Of a stretch of DNA of 64,000 nucleotides, positions 49,990 to 63,570 are shown in pieces. Both the position numbers and the translations under genes were made by a program. The DNA lies in NCBI GenBank assembly GCA_044892505.1, contig CM097882.1:503998001-504062000 (forward strand), read 5' to 3'. Under the pieces are notes generated by a model. That model saw nothing but the letters and a program-made list of their open reading frames with translations, ran no database searches and was not told the origin of the DNA. This DNA comes from Schmidtea nova. Its lineage: Eukaryota. The first letter of the stretch is position 1, and each line of letters opens with the position of its first letter.

Positions 49990-52944
49990 TAGACTTGCCA
50001 GATAAAAATTTCGAAAAAAACGTACATACAAAAATTGATCAGCATAAAAAAGAAAACAATTAAAGATACATGTTATGTAATTTTTTTTATTATTATAATT
50101 ATCAGTAAATATGTTATATATAAAATTATAAAATTATTTTAAAAAATAAAATAATTTAAAAAATAAATCACAAGGTCTTTAATTCTGCCTTAACAAAAAT
50201 TAATTATATCACTTCAATAAAATATTAAAATTAATTATATGATAGTATAACAATTTAAAAAACAAATAACAAGGACTTTAATTCTGCCCTTAAAAAAAAC
50301 TTAATTATATTAATAGTATAACAATTTAAAAAATAAATCACAAGGACTTCATTTAATTATAATTTGATTAGGTATATTTTTCATTTCCTTTAAGTTTTTT
50401 TAATAATTCATCTTTCTGAATCACATATTTGTAAAACTCTTTGCAATTCATATTAAAATTATGCTTCACGAGGATTTCAGCTTCTATATTTTTTATAAGG
50501 AGACGACTTCTATCTGATCTCCAAGCATAAAACATTAAACTAAACATGCGTTCACTCATCGCGTTGGAATGAGGTAACGCAAAAATAAATTCTACAATTT
50601 TAGGCGTATTTGGAGAATTAAATGTTTTAAATATTTTTAACCATTTTTCTTCATATGTTAATTTCTGTATATCTGGATCTGGTATAATTTCTTTAAATAT
50701 TATGTACTCTTCAAATAAACCATCTACGTCAATATTTTTTATAGGAAATACCTTCAGTATAATTTAATAAATCTTCAAAAACAGGAACTTCTACCAATTT
50801 AAAAACATTTAGAGCTTTGTACTTATTATTAATGAAATCAAATCTTTTTTCAATATATTGAATCAATTGTTCTAAAAATGCAGAAGCTCTTTTGAGAAAA
50901 AATGTTTTTTCAGTATCATTATTGCATTTTTCTAATGCCTGTTGTGCTATAGTACCATAAAATGTTTGCTATAGCTTTGTTTTTAACGAATTCCTTAAAT
51001 TTTCAAGCAAGTCATACACTTCTATTACTACAAGACCTTCACCTTATAGCTTTAATATTACAGTTTTAATAATTGACCCAATATTGGATAGCAAACCTAA
51101 ATACGCTTCTGACAACTCGTTGTTTAAGAAATCTATGACTAAAGCCGGTGGTGAAGATTTGGAATTGAAATATGATTTTACTGGCTCAAAATTTTTGTAA
51201 AGGCGATCGATAGCCGGCACAAGAGATAACCACCTTGTCGGAACATGGCGTAACATTTCTGTGTATTCCATGTCGCAAAAATCATAAAATTCCATTAGCG
51301 TTTGCTTCCTTTTCGTATGAGAGCTGAACTCATTATATATTTTAACTATAATACATTCTAAGTCAAATTTCAGTAAATTTGAAGCATTTTTAACAGCATT
51401 TGACAGCATATGGCACAAACATCCTACTTCTATAATGTCTGGAATTATTTTTCTGAGCTCAGTAAAAACACTTTGATGACGACCAAAATTGACGTTGGCA
51501 TTATCACCGCAGTAGCTTATTATGCTTTTTGGATCTAAATCTGCTTTATTTAGATAACTAATTAATGAACTAGCAATATGCTGTGATGTTTCACTTGAGC
51601 TCTCAAAAAAATTTAAAAGTTTTGTTTGAACACCAACATCTTTCAAAAAATATCGTAGTACTAGAGGAAACATTTTTATATTTCCCTTGTTAGATGCGTC
51701 TGTAGAAATACTATAAGGAAGATTTTTGCTTTTTATATTAGCAATAATAGAATTTTGGGATTCTTTTGCTAATACATTTGTTACTATTTTTGAACATTTA
51801 GTACGGCCACAAGTGAAATTGGATGCTATTTTTGAATCAGGAAACAAAGTATGCAATAAAGCACTGGTACAATTTGATGAATTGAAGCTATGCGAATGCT
51901 GAATACTGTGATATACAAAGGTAGCCTCTGCAGCGCTAATTTTTTTACCTAATGAAGTTATTGTTGATGAGGCTGAAAAAAATGAAGTTAGGCTATTGTA
52001 ACTTGATGCTGCTTTTAAGTTGGTTATATGTTTTATTGTTTTCATGTGTTGTTTCACATCTCGAATTCCAGATACGGCAATGCTAAATTCTGTGCGACAG
52101 TGAATACATTTGGCAGCATTGAGTTTTCCTGCTACTCTGACCAGCCATTGATAAGATTTTGGCCACTCATCGTTAAAATGATTTATACGACGTTGTCTTT
52201 TTATTTTTGATTTTCCACTAATATTTTGATTTTCATCTTCCTTGTTGTATTCGCTGCTGTCAGTATCAATTTCTTTTTCCATCATATATAAATCTTAAAC
52301 AAAATTAGAAGTAGATTTACATTTAAATACTTTATTTTTTACAAATATTCTAGAAATAATACTTTAAGAATACAAAAACGCTGCTTCATTAAAGTTGAAC
52401 TGGACAAAAATTATATTATAACAAAACAAATCAAAAAATTTAAATATTTAATTTTATGGCACAAATTCCAAAAACACCAATTTCTTTTCCCATCATATAT
52501 AGATCTTAAATAAAATTAAAAGAAGATTTACATTTAAATACTTTTTTTTAACAAATATTCCAGAAATAATATTTTAAGAATACAAAAACGCTGCTTCATT
52601 AAAGTTGAACTTTAAACAAATGGTAAATTTTCCCCATTAAACAAAAACGCAGCATAATATAAACGAACCAGCAGCATAATATAAACGAACCAGCAGCATA
52701 ATATAAACGAAACTATATTCTTAATGTGTAAATGTTTGATTTTTGTTTTCTTTTTCGCGTATTTTTTATACTATTTGATTTAAATTACAATAATTTTTAA
52801 AAAATGTGTGCGACTTAAAATATAATCAGTAATTAAACGTACCTTTGGGTACGTTTTCACTAATTCCGTAAATAACGTACATTCTTATTTTGTAAGCCAA
52901 AATAACGTACGGTACGTTCAAATAACGTACACCTGGCAAGCCTA
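49990..52944 (-). mobile_element. hAT transposon (TAGGxTTGCCA TIR type), full length, defective
   Basis: TIRs tagacttgcca / tggcaagccta; perfect TSD attatata (49982-49989, 52945-52952); aacgtac subterminal motifs. Confidence 0.94.
50368..52285 (-). pseudogene. hAT transposase with premature stops after codon 413
   Basis: Zn finger CIHCRTEF...HMKTIKH; ISTDASN; CGDNANVN; CLCHML; TRWLSL; PHSNAMSERMFS. Confidence 0.92.
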
Positions 52945-55900
52945 ATTATATAGTTGACATCATATACTAAAAGCTTAGAAAAATGAAATCATCAAAGAAA
53001 AATTGGTCAATGTGAACAAATCAATAATAATTTTCAAATCTTTGTTAGCAAAATATTTTTTCTTAATGCTTCGATCTGTCTAAATTTATTATAATGACAG
53101 TCAATAAATAGTAACTTTACTCTCTGAAATGACTAAGTGTAGAGCTTTAGTAATATGAACTTCAATCTTTGAAACAACTTATGGGTGAAAGAAAAATAAT
53201 GATGTGTAATTTAATGTATTTTGATAATTTTAAAATTACAAATGATGAACTATTTTTCTAACTTGGCTTAATGGAATTTGTAAAAAAACATTCCATGCAG
53301 CGGAATTCAAATCAGTTTTGTATCTGTCGAAAATCTATTAAAAACTTATTGGAATTTAAATTTAAAATTAAATCTATTGAAATTATTCGGAAATTCTACC
53401 AAAAAATTATATATTAAAATTATTAAGCTATCAAACAAATATTAATGAATTTGGAGTAAAACTTATAGAAAAAAAATACTAAATAAAAAAATTCGCAATA
53501 ATTCGGAATTAAAATGTTTTTTTTAAAAACTTATGATTTATTACGGTAAATTAAAAAAATACTAAATAATTTTTAGCAAATTCGGCATTATTTATCAAAA
53601 GAAAGTAGCATTTTACCAGATAACTTCTATCCTCCTGTATTTTAATCATTGAGGCATTTATTTTGTAGCCAATCTTTAGTCTCTTCATTTGAAATTCAAC
53701 AAATTACTATACTCTATGCCTTTGTTTTCGGCAATTTGGTAAAGAGAATTTTTACACAGAGTAATTAACTATGGTATAAAGCCTGTAATATACCAGTGAC
53801 CACATTCGGCGCCAGAGTATTGTCGATCATGCGGCATTAAAGAAACATTCAAAAATCAGCAACCACAATCGAAACATAATGCAATTATTTTGGATGCATT
53901 GAAATACAGTCAAGTGATATGGAAATCGGCTATGGTGGAGGAACTAGCGGAGGCGCCTTTATGTGTCAATATCATTCTTTAGAAACTTAATAATCATAAA
54001 CTATGTTTGTGGGCGCTATTCTAACAAAAGTTTCATTTTTCCAATTTTGAGTTGTTAAAAACTTTGTAAGCTACAAACATCTTTATCTATATGTAATAGG
54101 TATGTGCGTGAGTCAGTGGCGCACCCAGGGAGTATGCAAATTAAATACTTGTGGCATTACATTTATTTATTAACACTCCTTTAATTCTCCGATTTATTGC
54201 ACTCAAAAACGTTCGAGGTTTGTTTGTATTTCGTATGCATTTTTTGAAAAAAATATGATTGGTTGATTTTTTAAATTAATTTTTAATATTTTTAGTGAGC
54301 TAAGACACATAAGTTAAAGACGATATGAAAAAAATACAAAAAATACTTAGAAAACAATAAATGACATAAAATCTTTGATGTAGTTGTAGTTTTATATATT
54401 TTTTTTCGAAAAATTTAGACTGAAAAAAATTTATTAATCCATTCTACAATTTTTCTTCGAGATTTGTGGCCAATTCCGTTTTTTAACGAAGGAGAACTGC
54501 CGTTAGTCTGTAGATCAACTGATAAGTGTTTACCTTATAATGCGAAAAAGAATTACTTTAATTACTTTAATTACCTTAATTACTTTTTTCTATTGAGATA
54601 AACGAAACACTGGCAACTGTAACATCTCCAACAGAATAAATCTACAAAACATTTACGCTATATTTTAGAATACAAAAACTTTCAGATTTTCAATGATTAT
54701 AAGCCTTAATACACATTTTAGTCCTAATAACTCTTTCTCTATAACAACACCGTTAAATTACATTCTTATCAAAATATAAATTTAGGATCTACCACGTTGC
54801 TGAAGTATCCTTATTTTTATCTGCTTTTTCTGAGAAAGAGTTAGCTCACTTAGGCAATAAAGCTAATTGATAATTTGTACTACGATATTTCTTTGTCGGA
54901 TGCTCTTAAAACTTCCGATCTTCTGAGACATGGTGAATTACAATGACCAATCTTATATCATGATCAAGCAAGATGGATTTCAATGAGGTTTATTTGGGAA
55001 AATCATTGTCAGATTCGAGGAAAGAAGATTAAAATTTACTGAAACAATTATGTTGACTTCTGATAGAGCTATGCACAAAAGTATTTTCAATTTGTTCATT
55101 TAAATATAAATTTGTATTCAATTTGTTAATACACGAATCTAATTATCTTTGGAACTTATTCAATATACTGTATTCCTTCCCATAACCTCGGTAGATACGT
55201 TCCGCGTTGCCTACCGTGTTGTAAAGTACTCCCGTATAACGCGTTATGTACAAAGGATTCATGTTTAACTTTTCTCCTAATATGGGTGGTTTAAATCCAA
55301 TATTTAAAGAAATACTATGTTATGAACAAAATATGTACATTTTATTTCCATTTAAGTTCCTATCACACAAATTACATTATTACAAAAACAGTTATTACAT
55401 ATTTATTTACTGTCGGAGCTATCTGAAATAACGTCTCATTGACATCTTTTTTAATAGAATGTTCAAAGGTTTCACCATTTGAATTTTCGTTATTTTCTTT
55501 ACTTAAGAGCAGACCTTATACTGCTGTAGTAATTAAAATTAGACTATCTAATAATTCTTCCTTTTCTATTTTCTATTCTAGAAATTTTACAATAGGGAAA
55601 GACAGTTTTGATTATTAATTTTAAATTCAGTAGAACGTTCCACTGAAGGATCGCAATTCGAAACAAATATCTCCAATTCTTTGACCAGTTATATTATTTT
55701 ATTCATGTTTTCTATACATATATTTTCACTGACTTTGTTAATAATCTGCAATGAGCTTCCATCATTACTATTTATATGTATCAGCTAAACTAGCTCTTCC
55801 TTGTCTAAATCTTCAGTGTTATTTATTAATTCATAAATGTCTCCGTTGTTCATGTCGTCAAATCCTTCTCCACCTACTTATCTAGCAATATTTATGTTCT

Positions 55901-56438
55901 ATATTTTACTTGTAGAAACTGAAAGAATTTTTTGCAAAACGACTTCAGGCCAAATATTTTTCCAAAAAATGTTTAATGTCAGACTTTAATTCTTGACAGT
56001 TAGAAATATTAACTCCATACAATTTAAAATTTTAAAATTTTTCCATTATACGTTCAAGTGTTTTACGTAGGTAATATGATTTAAGTGTTTTTATAATACC
56101 TTGGTCAAGTGGTTGTATTATTGATGTCGTATTAAGTGGTAAAAAATATACTTTTACGTTTGGATGAACTAAGTCTACCTGATGCCCTTCAGCATTTTCT
56201 CTAAGTAGTAAAATCTTGAAACTGATATTTTTAGTTTTTGAGTAATTTTCGATCTCCAGAACAAAGCAGTTGAAAAATCATTCGCGAAATATAGTAGCTG
56301 TAACCCATGCTTTTTTATTTGCTATTCCAGTAAACGGGTAGGGCTGCCTTGTCAATACCTTTCATTGTCCGTGGGCTTAAAAATGGCTGATTAACATAGG
56401 ATTTGTTATGCATTGCTACAAACACGCAATGTTATTAA

Positions 56439-58849
56439 CCCAGATGTTGCCAAAACTATTTTATTCAAAAAAAAACATAAAATTAGTAAAATCTTATTTA
56501 AAGTAGCTAAATAAAGTTATTTTACTTTGAATTTTTTTTTATGATTTACGATTTTGTCACAAAATGGTGTTCTTTTAAAAGGACAATGGCAAAATCAACT
56601 GCAGTGTAATAAGTTTTATATTTATTATTAATACATTACAAATTTATTAATACATCTTATACATTACAAAATTAATTTGAATGATATAAAATAAAACATT
56701 CCTTTGGGTGAAGTGCTACAGTGCACTTTTTGCACAAAAAATTACATTTTTTATGGCACAATTTGCATCGTGTTTGTTTATCTTGATATATGACTAAATG
56801 GCCAACTCCGTCATATCTGGAATAATCATGCAAAGAGGCCGATGCACGACTTGGTCCTCTTTTGGAATCCCTTTTATATGACTCCAAAATGCCAAGTGTC
56901 ACTGATCTCCTAAAACCTAAATGGTCCAGTTTCCCGCCATTGCTTCTATATAATTGCCATGCATTATGTTCTGCCATATCGAGGCTGTGACTTATCAATG
57001 GAAAATACCATTTTTTCCCTCTAATGGACACTCTGTATAGGCTAATATTTTGATCTGCCCTATCTACTCCCCCCATGTTTTCATTATATTTTTTAATTAT
57101 GTTTGGTTGGGGTATATAAATATTTTTCTTTTCTTTCTGGGAAAATCTTTTGACTTGAGTTGTAGGAAAAACTGGGCAGTTATTTGAAGCAATAGAAACA
57201 ACACTATTGTCGTTCCATTTGAAGATTATCATTTGATTATTGCATAAAGAAATATAGTCAAAATAGCCTCTATCCTTTTTCTTTAGTTCGCTAGAATGGG
57301 GAAGTTTGCAACTCTTTCCTAATCTGTTTTCTCTGACAGTACCTGTACCCTTTAGTCCCCTGATTGACAGTTGTTTTAGTAAATTTACTGACGTAAATAA
57401 ATTGTCAAAATATAAATTGTATGGGGTGTTAGGATTATTTCGTTGCAATACCTCTGCAAATTCAAGTGCAACGCTGGCCCCTAAACCAAAATTTTTGTTA
57501 GACAACATTGTGTTTGCCCCTTGATAAGGTTCAAACCATTCAATGTATCCATATTTATTAGTTCCCGTCCACAATTTATAGCCCCATCTAATGGGTTTTC
57601 CGCGAATGTATTGCTTAGTGCCATGCCCACCGTAATATGGAACCATTGATTCATCAATACTATGATTTTCTTCTCTAGGAGCAAAATCTATAAACTTTTT
57701 ATTGAGGATTGTGAAGATAGGACGCACTTTAGCAAATCTGTCATCTTTATTGAGGTTATTATTGTCGCAACAATGTATATTTTGCATGATAAATCTAAAT
57801 CGATTTCTGGACATAGCTTCGCATACTAATTCATTCTTTGTATCTTTCGAATTTTCCCAATACATTTCTCTTCGAGAAACTGAAGTATAGCCACTAAGCA
57901 GTAAAATGGCAATAAAGCATCGCATTTCATTTGCCTGAATGTCCCCCAGTCGATTATGGGAATTTGCATATATATTTGAAAATTGTACAAATAAATTTAT
58001 TACCTCATCATCAAAAAACTTGGTAAACCATTCCGTTGGTGACAATTCAATTTGTGTATTACACTCGTAACTCCATTCAGACAAAGTTGATGTGATATCT
58101 TGTTTTGTCCAGACATTGCTTCCAGGTCCTTCAGATGTTTTCAATCGCTCTGCAATAACTGAAAGTGGTACCTCATCGTCGCTATCAGTTTCAGATGTGT
58201 CATCCTGCTTTGCAGACTTTATATCAGGGTTTAAAATTTCTGTTTCTGCTTCTGTACGCAGTTGGTTTCCAGGAAGATTATTTATTATGACAAAATTTTC
58301 ACTTCCAGAGTCTTCATCTGTGTTTTCGTCGCCTTCAGGAGGAAATATAATAATTTTATCGGGAATTTCATCTTCATTTAGAGTTTTTTCAGCTTCTTCC
58401 ATTAACTCATGTAGAGTCAAAGATCTTTTCATGTCACTAAAAAATAATATTTTATTTGTACTATATATTGCCACCGTCCTTTATAAAGGACAGTCAAAGT
58501 TTTTTGGTAATAAAACACACCAGAACAAATATTTTTGATACAAATAGGTATATATCAAAAATAGAAGATATTAACATGTTAAAAATTAAAAAAATATCAT
58601 TACTAAATTAGTTATAGTAAGTAAATACATACCTCCATTTAGCCATGTTGTCACTTCTTGCACTATCATAGAACTAAATACCGCAGTGTATACAAAATCA
58701 AGAATAAACAAAGAAGTTAACTGGTCAAGACTTGTAATTGTGATGTGCTAAACACATTCTTATTATAGATATCTCTAAATAACTAGCGTATGCAAAATAA
58801 AAAAAAATATAAGGAGCGTTCTTTTAAAAGGACGGTGGCAACATTGGGG
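56439..58849 (-). mobile_element. piggyBac transposon, full length
   Basis: TTAA at 56435-56438 and 58850-58853; TIRs cccagatgttgcca / tggcaacattgggg; internal cttttaaaaggac repeats. Confidence 0.97.
56672..58432 (-). CDS. Intact piggyBac transposase (586 aa from the ATG), PGBD2/3-like
   Basis: Uninterrupted ORF; SIDESM, YFDNLF, GGVDRADQ; C-terminal Cys-rich CKLC..CKKC..LH..CF..YH. Confidence 0.95.
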   Translation of the reverse strand: MKRSLTLHELMEEAEKTLNEDEIPDKIIIFPPEGDENTDEDSGSENFVIINNLPGNQLRTEAETEILNPDIKSAKQDDTSETDSDDEVPLSVIAERLKTSEGPGSNVWTKQDITSTLSEWSYECNTQIELSPTEWFTKFFDDEVINLFVQFSNIYANSHNRLGDIQANEMRCFIAILLLSGYTSVSRREMYWENSKDTKNELVCEAMSRNRFRFIMQNIHCCDNNNLNKDDRFAKVRPIFTILNKKFIDFAPREENHSIDESMVPYYGGHGTKQYIRGKPIRWGYKLWTGTNKYGYIEWFEPYQGANTMLSNKNFGLGASVALEFAEVLQRNNPNTPYNLYFDNLFTSVNLLKQLSIRGLKGTGTVRENRLGKSCKLPHSSELKKKDRGYFDYISLCNNQMIIFKWNDNSVVSIASNNCPVFPTTQVKRFSQKEKKNIYIPQPNIIKKYNENMGGVDRADQNISLYRVSIRGKKWYFPLISHSLDMAEHNAWQLYRSNGGKLDHLGFRRSVTLGILESYKRDSKRGPSRASASLHDYSRYDGVGHLVIYQDKQTRCKLCHKKCNFLCKKCTVALHPKECFILYHSN

Positions 58850-61379
58850 TTAAGTCCTTAGATGCCTTTAATCCACCAGCAGATTTCTCGTTTTTCGATA
58901 AATATGTTATGCTAAGCATTTTCTTCCTATATGTCAGTTTCGTCAGCATTATAAATTTTGTCAACTGTGTATCCACCTTCATCAATTATTTTCTGAAGTT
59001 CTTTGAATTTTCGAGCACTTTCATAATCACCTGAAGTGCGTTTTCCTTGACATAGAATGTTATGTAAGAAAAATCTTCAAAACCTTTGAAACCAGCTATT
59101 ACTACCGATGAATTTTGATTTTGGCTCATCGGAATAAAAAAATTCCAATTCTTTTAAATGCGTAAATTTTTTTCGGGCTATAAAAATTTATAGTAATATT
59201 ATTTTTATTGCAATCTAAATTGTACTAAAATTGCACTCTAAATCATCAAATATTTTTTTTTGTTATTGGCATTTACGAATCTTTTACACGTGAAGATTTA
59301 CTTAAAGTTAACAACGATCCAATTTTACTTTCATTTTTTATATATATACATATAACTAATTAATTAAAGCCCTCTAGGGGCTGATTAATTATTTATATAA
59401 ATTATATATTTAATTTGTTTTAATTTCTGCACCACATGTGCATTTATTTTTCTGTTAATTATAGACGCTAAGCGTCATAATATGCTCTTCAAGAGCAATC
59501 AATAGTTGAATTTAAGAGCAACAGTGGTAACTTGAAGAGGTAGTAGTGGAAACAATAATTGAATAATAAAATCTAAAAATAATAAAAACAAAAACAAAAA
59601 CAACAATTATAATGATAATTTAATAATAAATACCNNNNNNNNNNNNNNNNNNNNNNNNNNNNNNNNNNNNNNNNNNNNNNNNNNNNNNNNNNNNNNNNNN
59701 NNNNNNNNNNNNNNNNNNNNNNNNNNNNNNNNNNNNNNNNNNNNNNNNNNNNNNNNNNNNNNNNNNNNNNNNNNNNNNNNNNNNNNNNNNNNNNNNNNNN
59801 NNNNNNNNNNNNNNNNNNNNNNNNNNNNNNNNNNNNNNNNNNNNNNNNNNNNNNNNNNNNNNNNNNNNNNNNNNNNNNNNNNNNNNNNNNNNNNNNNNNN
59901 NNNNNNNNNNNNNNNNNNNNNNNNNNNNNNNNNNNNNNNNNNNNNNNNNNNNNNNNNNNNNNNNNNNNNATTTCCCCGTTCTCATTCACATCCATTCTAC
60001 CCGAAAATATTGTTAGTTAAAGAAAAAAATTACTTGTTTCAAAACTCAACTTTAAATCTATTTGTTGATGTTAATGATTATTTGTTTTAAACGATAACAA
60101 TTTAGATACTTAACGCTTTATAGAATTTATTTTTTAGAAATGTGATTTTTACTTTAAATTTCATGTGTGATACTTTTAATAAATTTACAAATTTCAAAAA
60201 ATAAAAATTATAAATAATAATAAATAATGATAAAAAAGTTGAAACAGTAATGATTAATATGATCCAATTTTATAACTCGAAAATTATTTTTACTTTTTAA
60301 CACATTCTGTGAGATATTAGTACTAACTTTGAAATCAGCATTTTAATATAATAAATATTCGATGTAATGATTTAAACAAAAAAATACAAAACGTAAATAA
60401 TATTTTTAAGGATAGATAAAGAAAATTTATAAGATTACTAATGATGTATAGGTATCAACCCGATATAAATTGCCTCATTTTTAACATTGAGGAGGCTGGG
60501 GAAAGGGATGACTCTAAATATAGTAATTGTTATTTTGAACTTTTAAAAATAGAAAAAATGTTGATTAAAAACAAATATTATTGACAAACAAAGAGCATTG
60601 CCCCTTAAGATGAAGAGCAGCAAAAAATTACTTTATAAGCTAAGCAAAATTTCAGTCTAATCTCCCCTAAAATCTTGTATTCTAAGAAGAGTTACAATTT
60701 CGGTAGATGACATTTGTAACATAAATTAGAGCATAGAAAGTTTACACATCCTAGCTCGGGAGGCTGCATTCACTTACACAACAATTACAAACACGAGTAG
60801 ATATATACATATATGTTGGTAACAGTTTAACTTTTATTAAAAGGTAATTTTTATTAACTTGTAAAATATATGTGATAAATAAATAAAACTTAGTAAACAG
60901 ACTTTGTGTTTTTATTTAACCACGAACCATCAAGTTGAGATTCTTGGAACCTCAAGATAGGGGTAAACACCGTGTTATACGAGGGATATTAAATCACTTT
61001 ATAGAAGTACCGGTTATAGGAGGGATTTCTCTAAATATATTATTTATTTAGAGTTGAGCAATTAAATTAACTCTAATTATAATTTTATTACAAAAAACAT
61101 ATGTTCAACAAAGTCATTTTTAATTTAGATAACCTTAGCGTCTCAATAATATTGGTTTTGTGACTTTTTAGAGAGATTTGCTAAGCATTTACCAGTAAAT
61201 GAAAATATTATCGAGATTTTCTCGTTAGAGATTTTACATTTGAATTTCCCATCATGTGTTCAGTAAGTAAACGACATGAGACAGAAAACAGTTTACCATT
61301 AAGATCAGTTTTTTATGAAAGAACACTAACATGTTTAAGTGCTTTTTTCAATATAACAGCCATTTCGGTCTACATATTT

Positions 61380-61605
61380 CTACCTACATAAAACCGGTTC
61401 AGACAAGGAATTTTTACAGAAATCAATGGAACACTAGACAAAGAATTTTGCATAACAGCCTTCAGATCCTCCTTTTTTGAAACGTTGTCTTTCTTAAATG
61501 CTTCTTTAGGTTTGGCAAAGCTAGTACTCAATTTGTGCCAGATCATGACTGTATGGAGGGTGATCTTCAAGCAATAGACTGGCAGCTTCAATTGTGATTC
61601 GATAA
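61380..61605 (-). pseudogene. mariner/Tc1 transposase C-terminal fragment
   Basis: LLEDHPPYSHDLAQIEY (HPPYSPDLAP motif) in a frame different from the listed ORF. Confidence 0.7.
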
Positions 61606-61699
61606 ACACCTGCTGTGTACACCGGACTACACTGTTGCGTACAGTGTACGCCGTACACCCTTACAATTTGCATTTAAACCAAATGGCAAAGACTTCACT

Positions 61700-61995
61700 C
61701 ATTGTTCCCAACTTTTACCAGTTGAGACCCACTTTTAAAGTTTTCGCGTCCCAACTGTAAAAAAGAAGTAGAAAAGTAAAAATTTTAATTTATATATTTA
61801 TTAAAAGCACAGCCATTAAGAGAACGTATGAAATGAAGGAGCTTGCTTTCTATTTTTGGTAATAACATCTACTTTTCTATTGTGGAAAATTAATTAAAAG
61901 CAAATTATACACAAAATTAATACGAACAGCTAAATATTAAAATTTTTGACAACTCACCCTAAGTTGCTTCGCGTTCCACATTTTGGGAGCCACTG
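61700..61995. mobile_element. hAT MITE related to 13952-14274, opposite orientation
   Basis: cattgttcccaacttttaccagttgagacccac resembles the reverse complement of the 14274 end; right TIR tttgggagccactg; no TSD. Confidence 0.65.
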
Positions 61996-63479
61996 AATTA
62001 CACCCATTATGATGTATAAATGTTTTTTACTTTAATGTGTGCTTTCTTTTAAGATTGTGTATAGATAGTCTCCATATCTACAGTGAGATGCCTGCTTGAT
62101 TATACTTTGATTTAAACACCACCTACAGGCATCTTTCTCAGTGAGTGCTTATTACTATATCTGCCATAGTATATTCATCTAATGGCTTGTCTATATTTTC
62201 CATATTTATAATTTATCCACAAATAATCCACATTTATAATTTATTGATTATTAAAATTTTTAGATTAATTTTAATTAATGGGGGAAAATGCATAATCGCC
62301 ATCATTTCTCTTTAACGCTCTGCCTTTTGAAAAATATGCTTATGAATATTCTGGTGATTAATAACTATGCTTAAACTAAATCACAGATAATATGTTGGAA
62401 TCCAATACTTTCTAAAGCCCTTAGCGGAAATCAATTTACTTTATTAATCTATCAATTCCACAGCCATCATTACGATTAAAATTATTTTCTTTTTAATTCC
62501 TCCAAGTTTTTGACTCGAGGAAGGATTTTTCGCAAATTTATTTTTTATACGTTTTCGAATGGTTGCGTTTTAAATACTGTAAGAGATTCCAAATATGATT
62601 TCCGGGAATAAACGTTTCTTCTGTACATAACTTACATCTACTTCTATTACAAATTGTTCATGAATATATGCAATGAATATATGCAATATATGCAATGTCT
62701 CCTAATTTTTCACCTAATTTTTCAAACGGCGCATGATATCCAACTTTTTATCTAAACTAATTGCCTTTCAGTTTTCTATGTACTTCTTTTGTTCCAGAGA
62801 TATTACGTTTGGATGACATTTCAAAACAACGCATATTTTAAAATCTAAAATTAATAATTTTTAATGAAACATACAAGTATTTTAACATACAGCAATTTAG
62901 ATATCTAATTTACATTATGTACTTACATAAATTTTTTTAATTTACAATATATTTAGTGAAATCAAGACACTTTCGAATAAAGTTAGTAATAAAAAAATTA
63001 GCTCAAATATATCCCATACAACACAAATTGTTTAAATAATAAAGAAATCTAATTTATATAAAATATTAATGTTCTACATATAATATTCAAGTAATCACAA
63101 CAATAAATACATAATTCGTTTGTTTTATTTTGTATTCTGTTTCTGTATCTGTATATTCATATGGTGTGATTTCCCTAATTAAATAAAAACAAAAATTCGT
63201 AAATTGAATTTTTTTCGTAAACATACTGAATTTTTTTCTAAATTACGTTATAGCGAAACTTCGTAAAAAGAGACTTTATAAAGTAAGGGATTGGTGTATT
63301 TACTTAAAATTGAAAATAAACGAAATTAAACATGTATAAAAAGTATAACTAATTTTTTTATAGTTTACATTTCAAGCACGTTTCAAAAGAAAAAATAACA
63401 TTGAAAAAATATTTGCAACAAAAAACAAAATATCTATTTTTCGGTTTTGTTACGTTTTTCTTTAGTGTAACAACATATA

Positions 63480-63570
63480 ATTTTTAAAATATTAAGTAAC
63501 GAAATTTGTATAAATAACGTTATTTTATTTCATTATTGCGTTACGTTACGGATAACGTTTTTCAACACTG
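63480..63570. repeat. hAT-like terminal repeat remnant
   Basis: taacg/cgtta subrepeats ending tttcaacactg; no partner end found. Confidence 0.45.

Larger units (their letters stand above)
55600..59180 (-). pseudogene. pogo/Tigger transposase relic split by the piggyBac
   Basis: GYTVDKIYNADET (about 58950); ASKD|LITLRVCSNA across the TTAA; KAWVTATIF, LLLRENAEGH, FLPLNTTSIIQPLDQGIIK left of 56435. Confidence 0.88.

Noticed and set aside
53790-53990. CRSCGIKET...KHNAI / YSQVIWKS stretch resembling a non-LTR zinc knuckle or a CAP domain
   Set aside because: Two incompatible weak readings; motif spacing fits neither.
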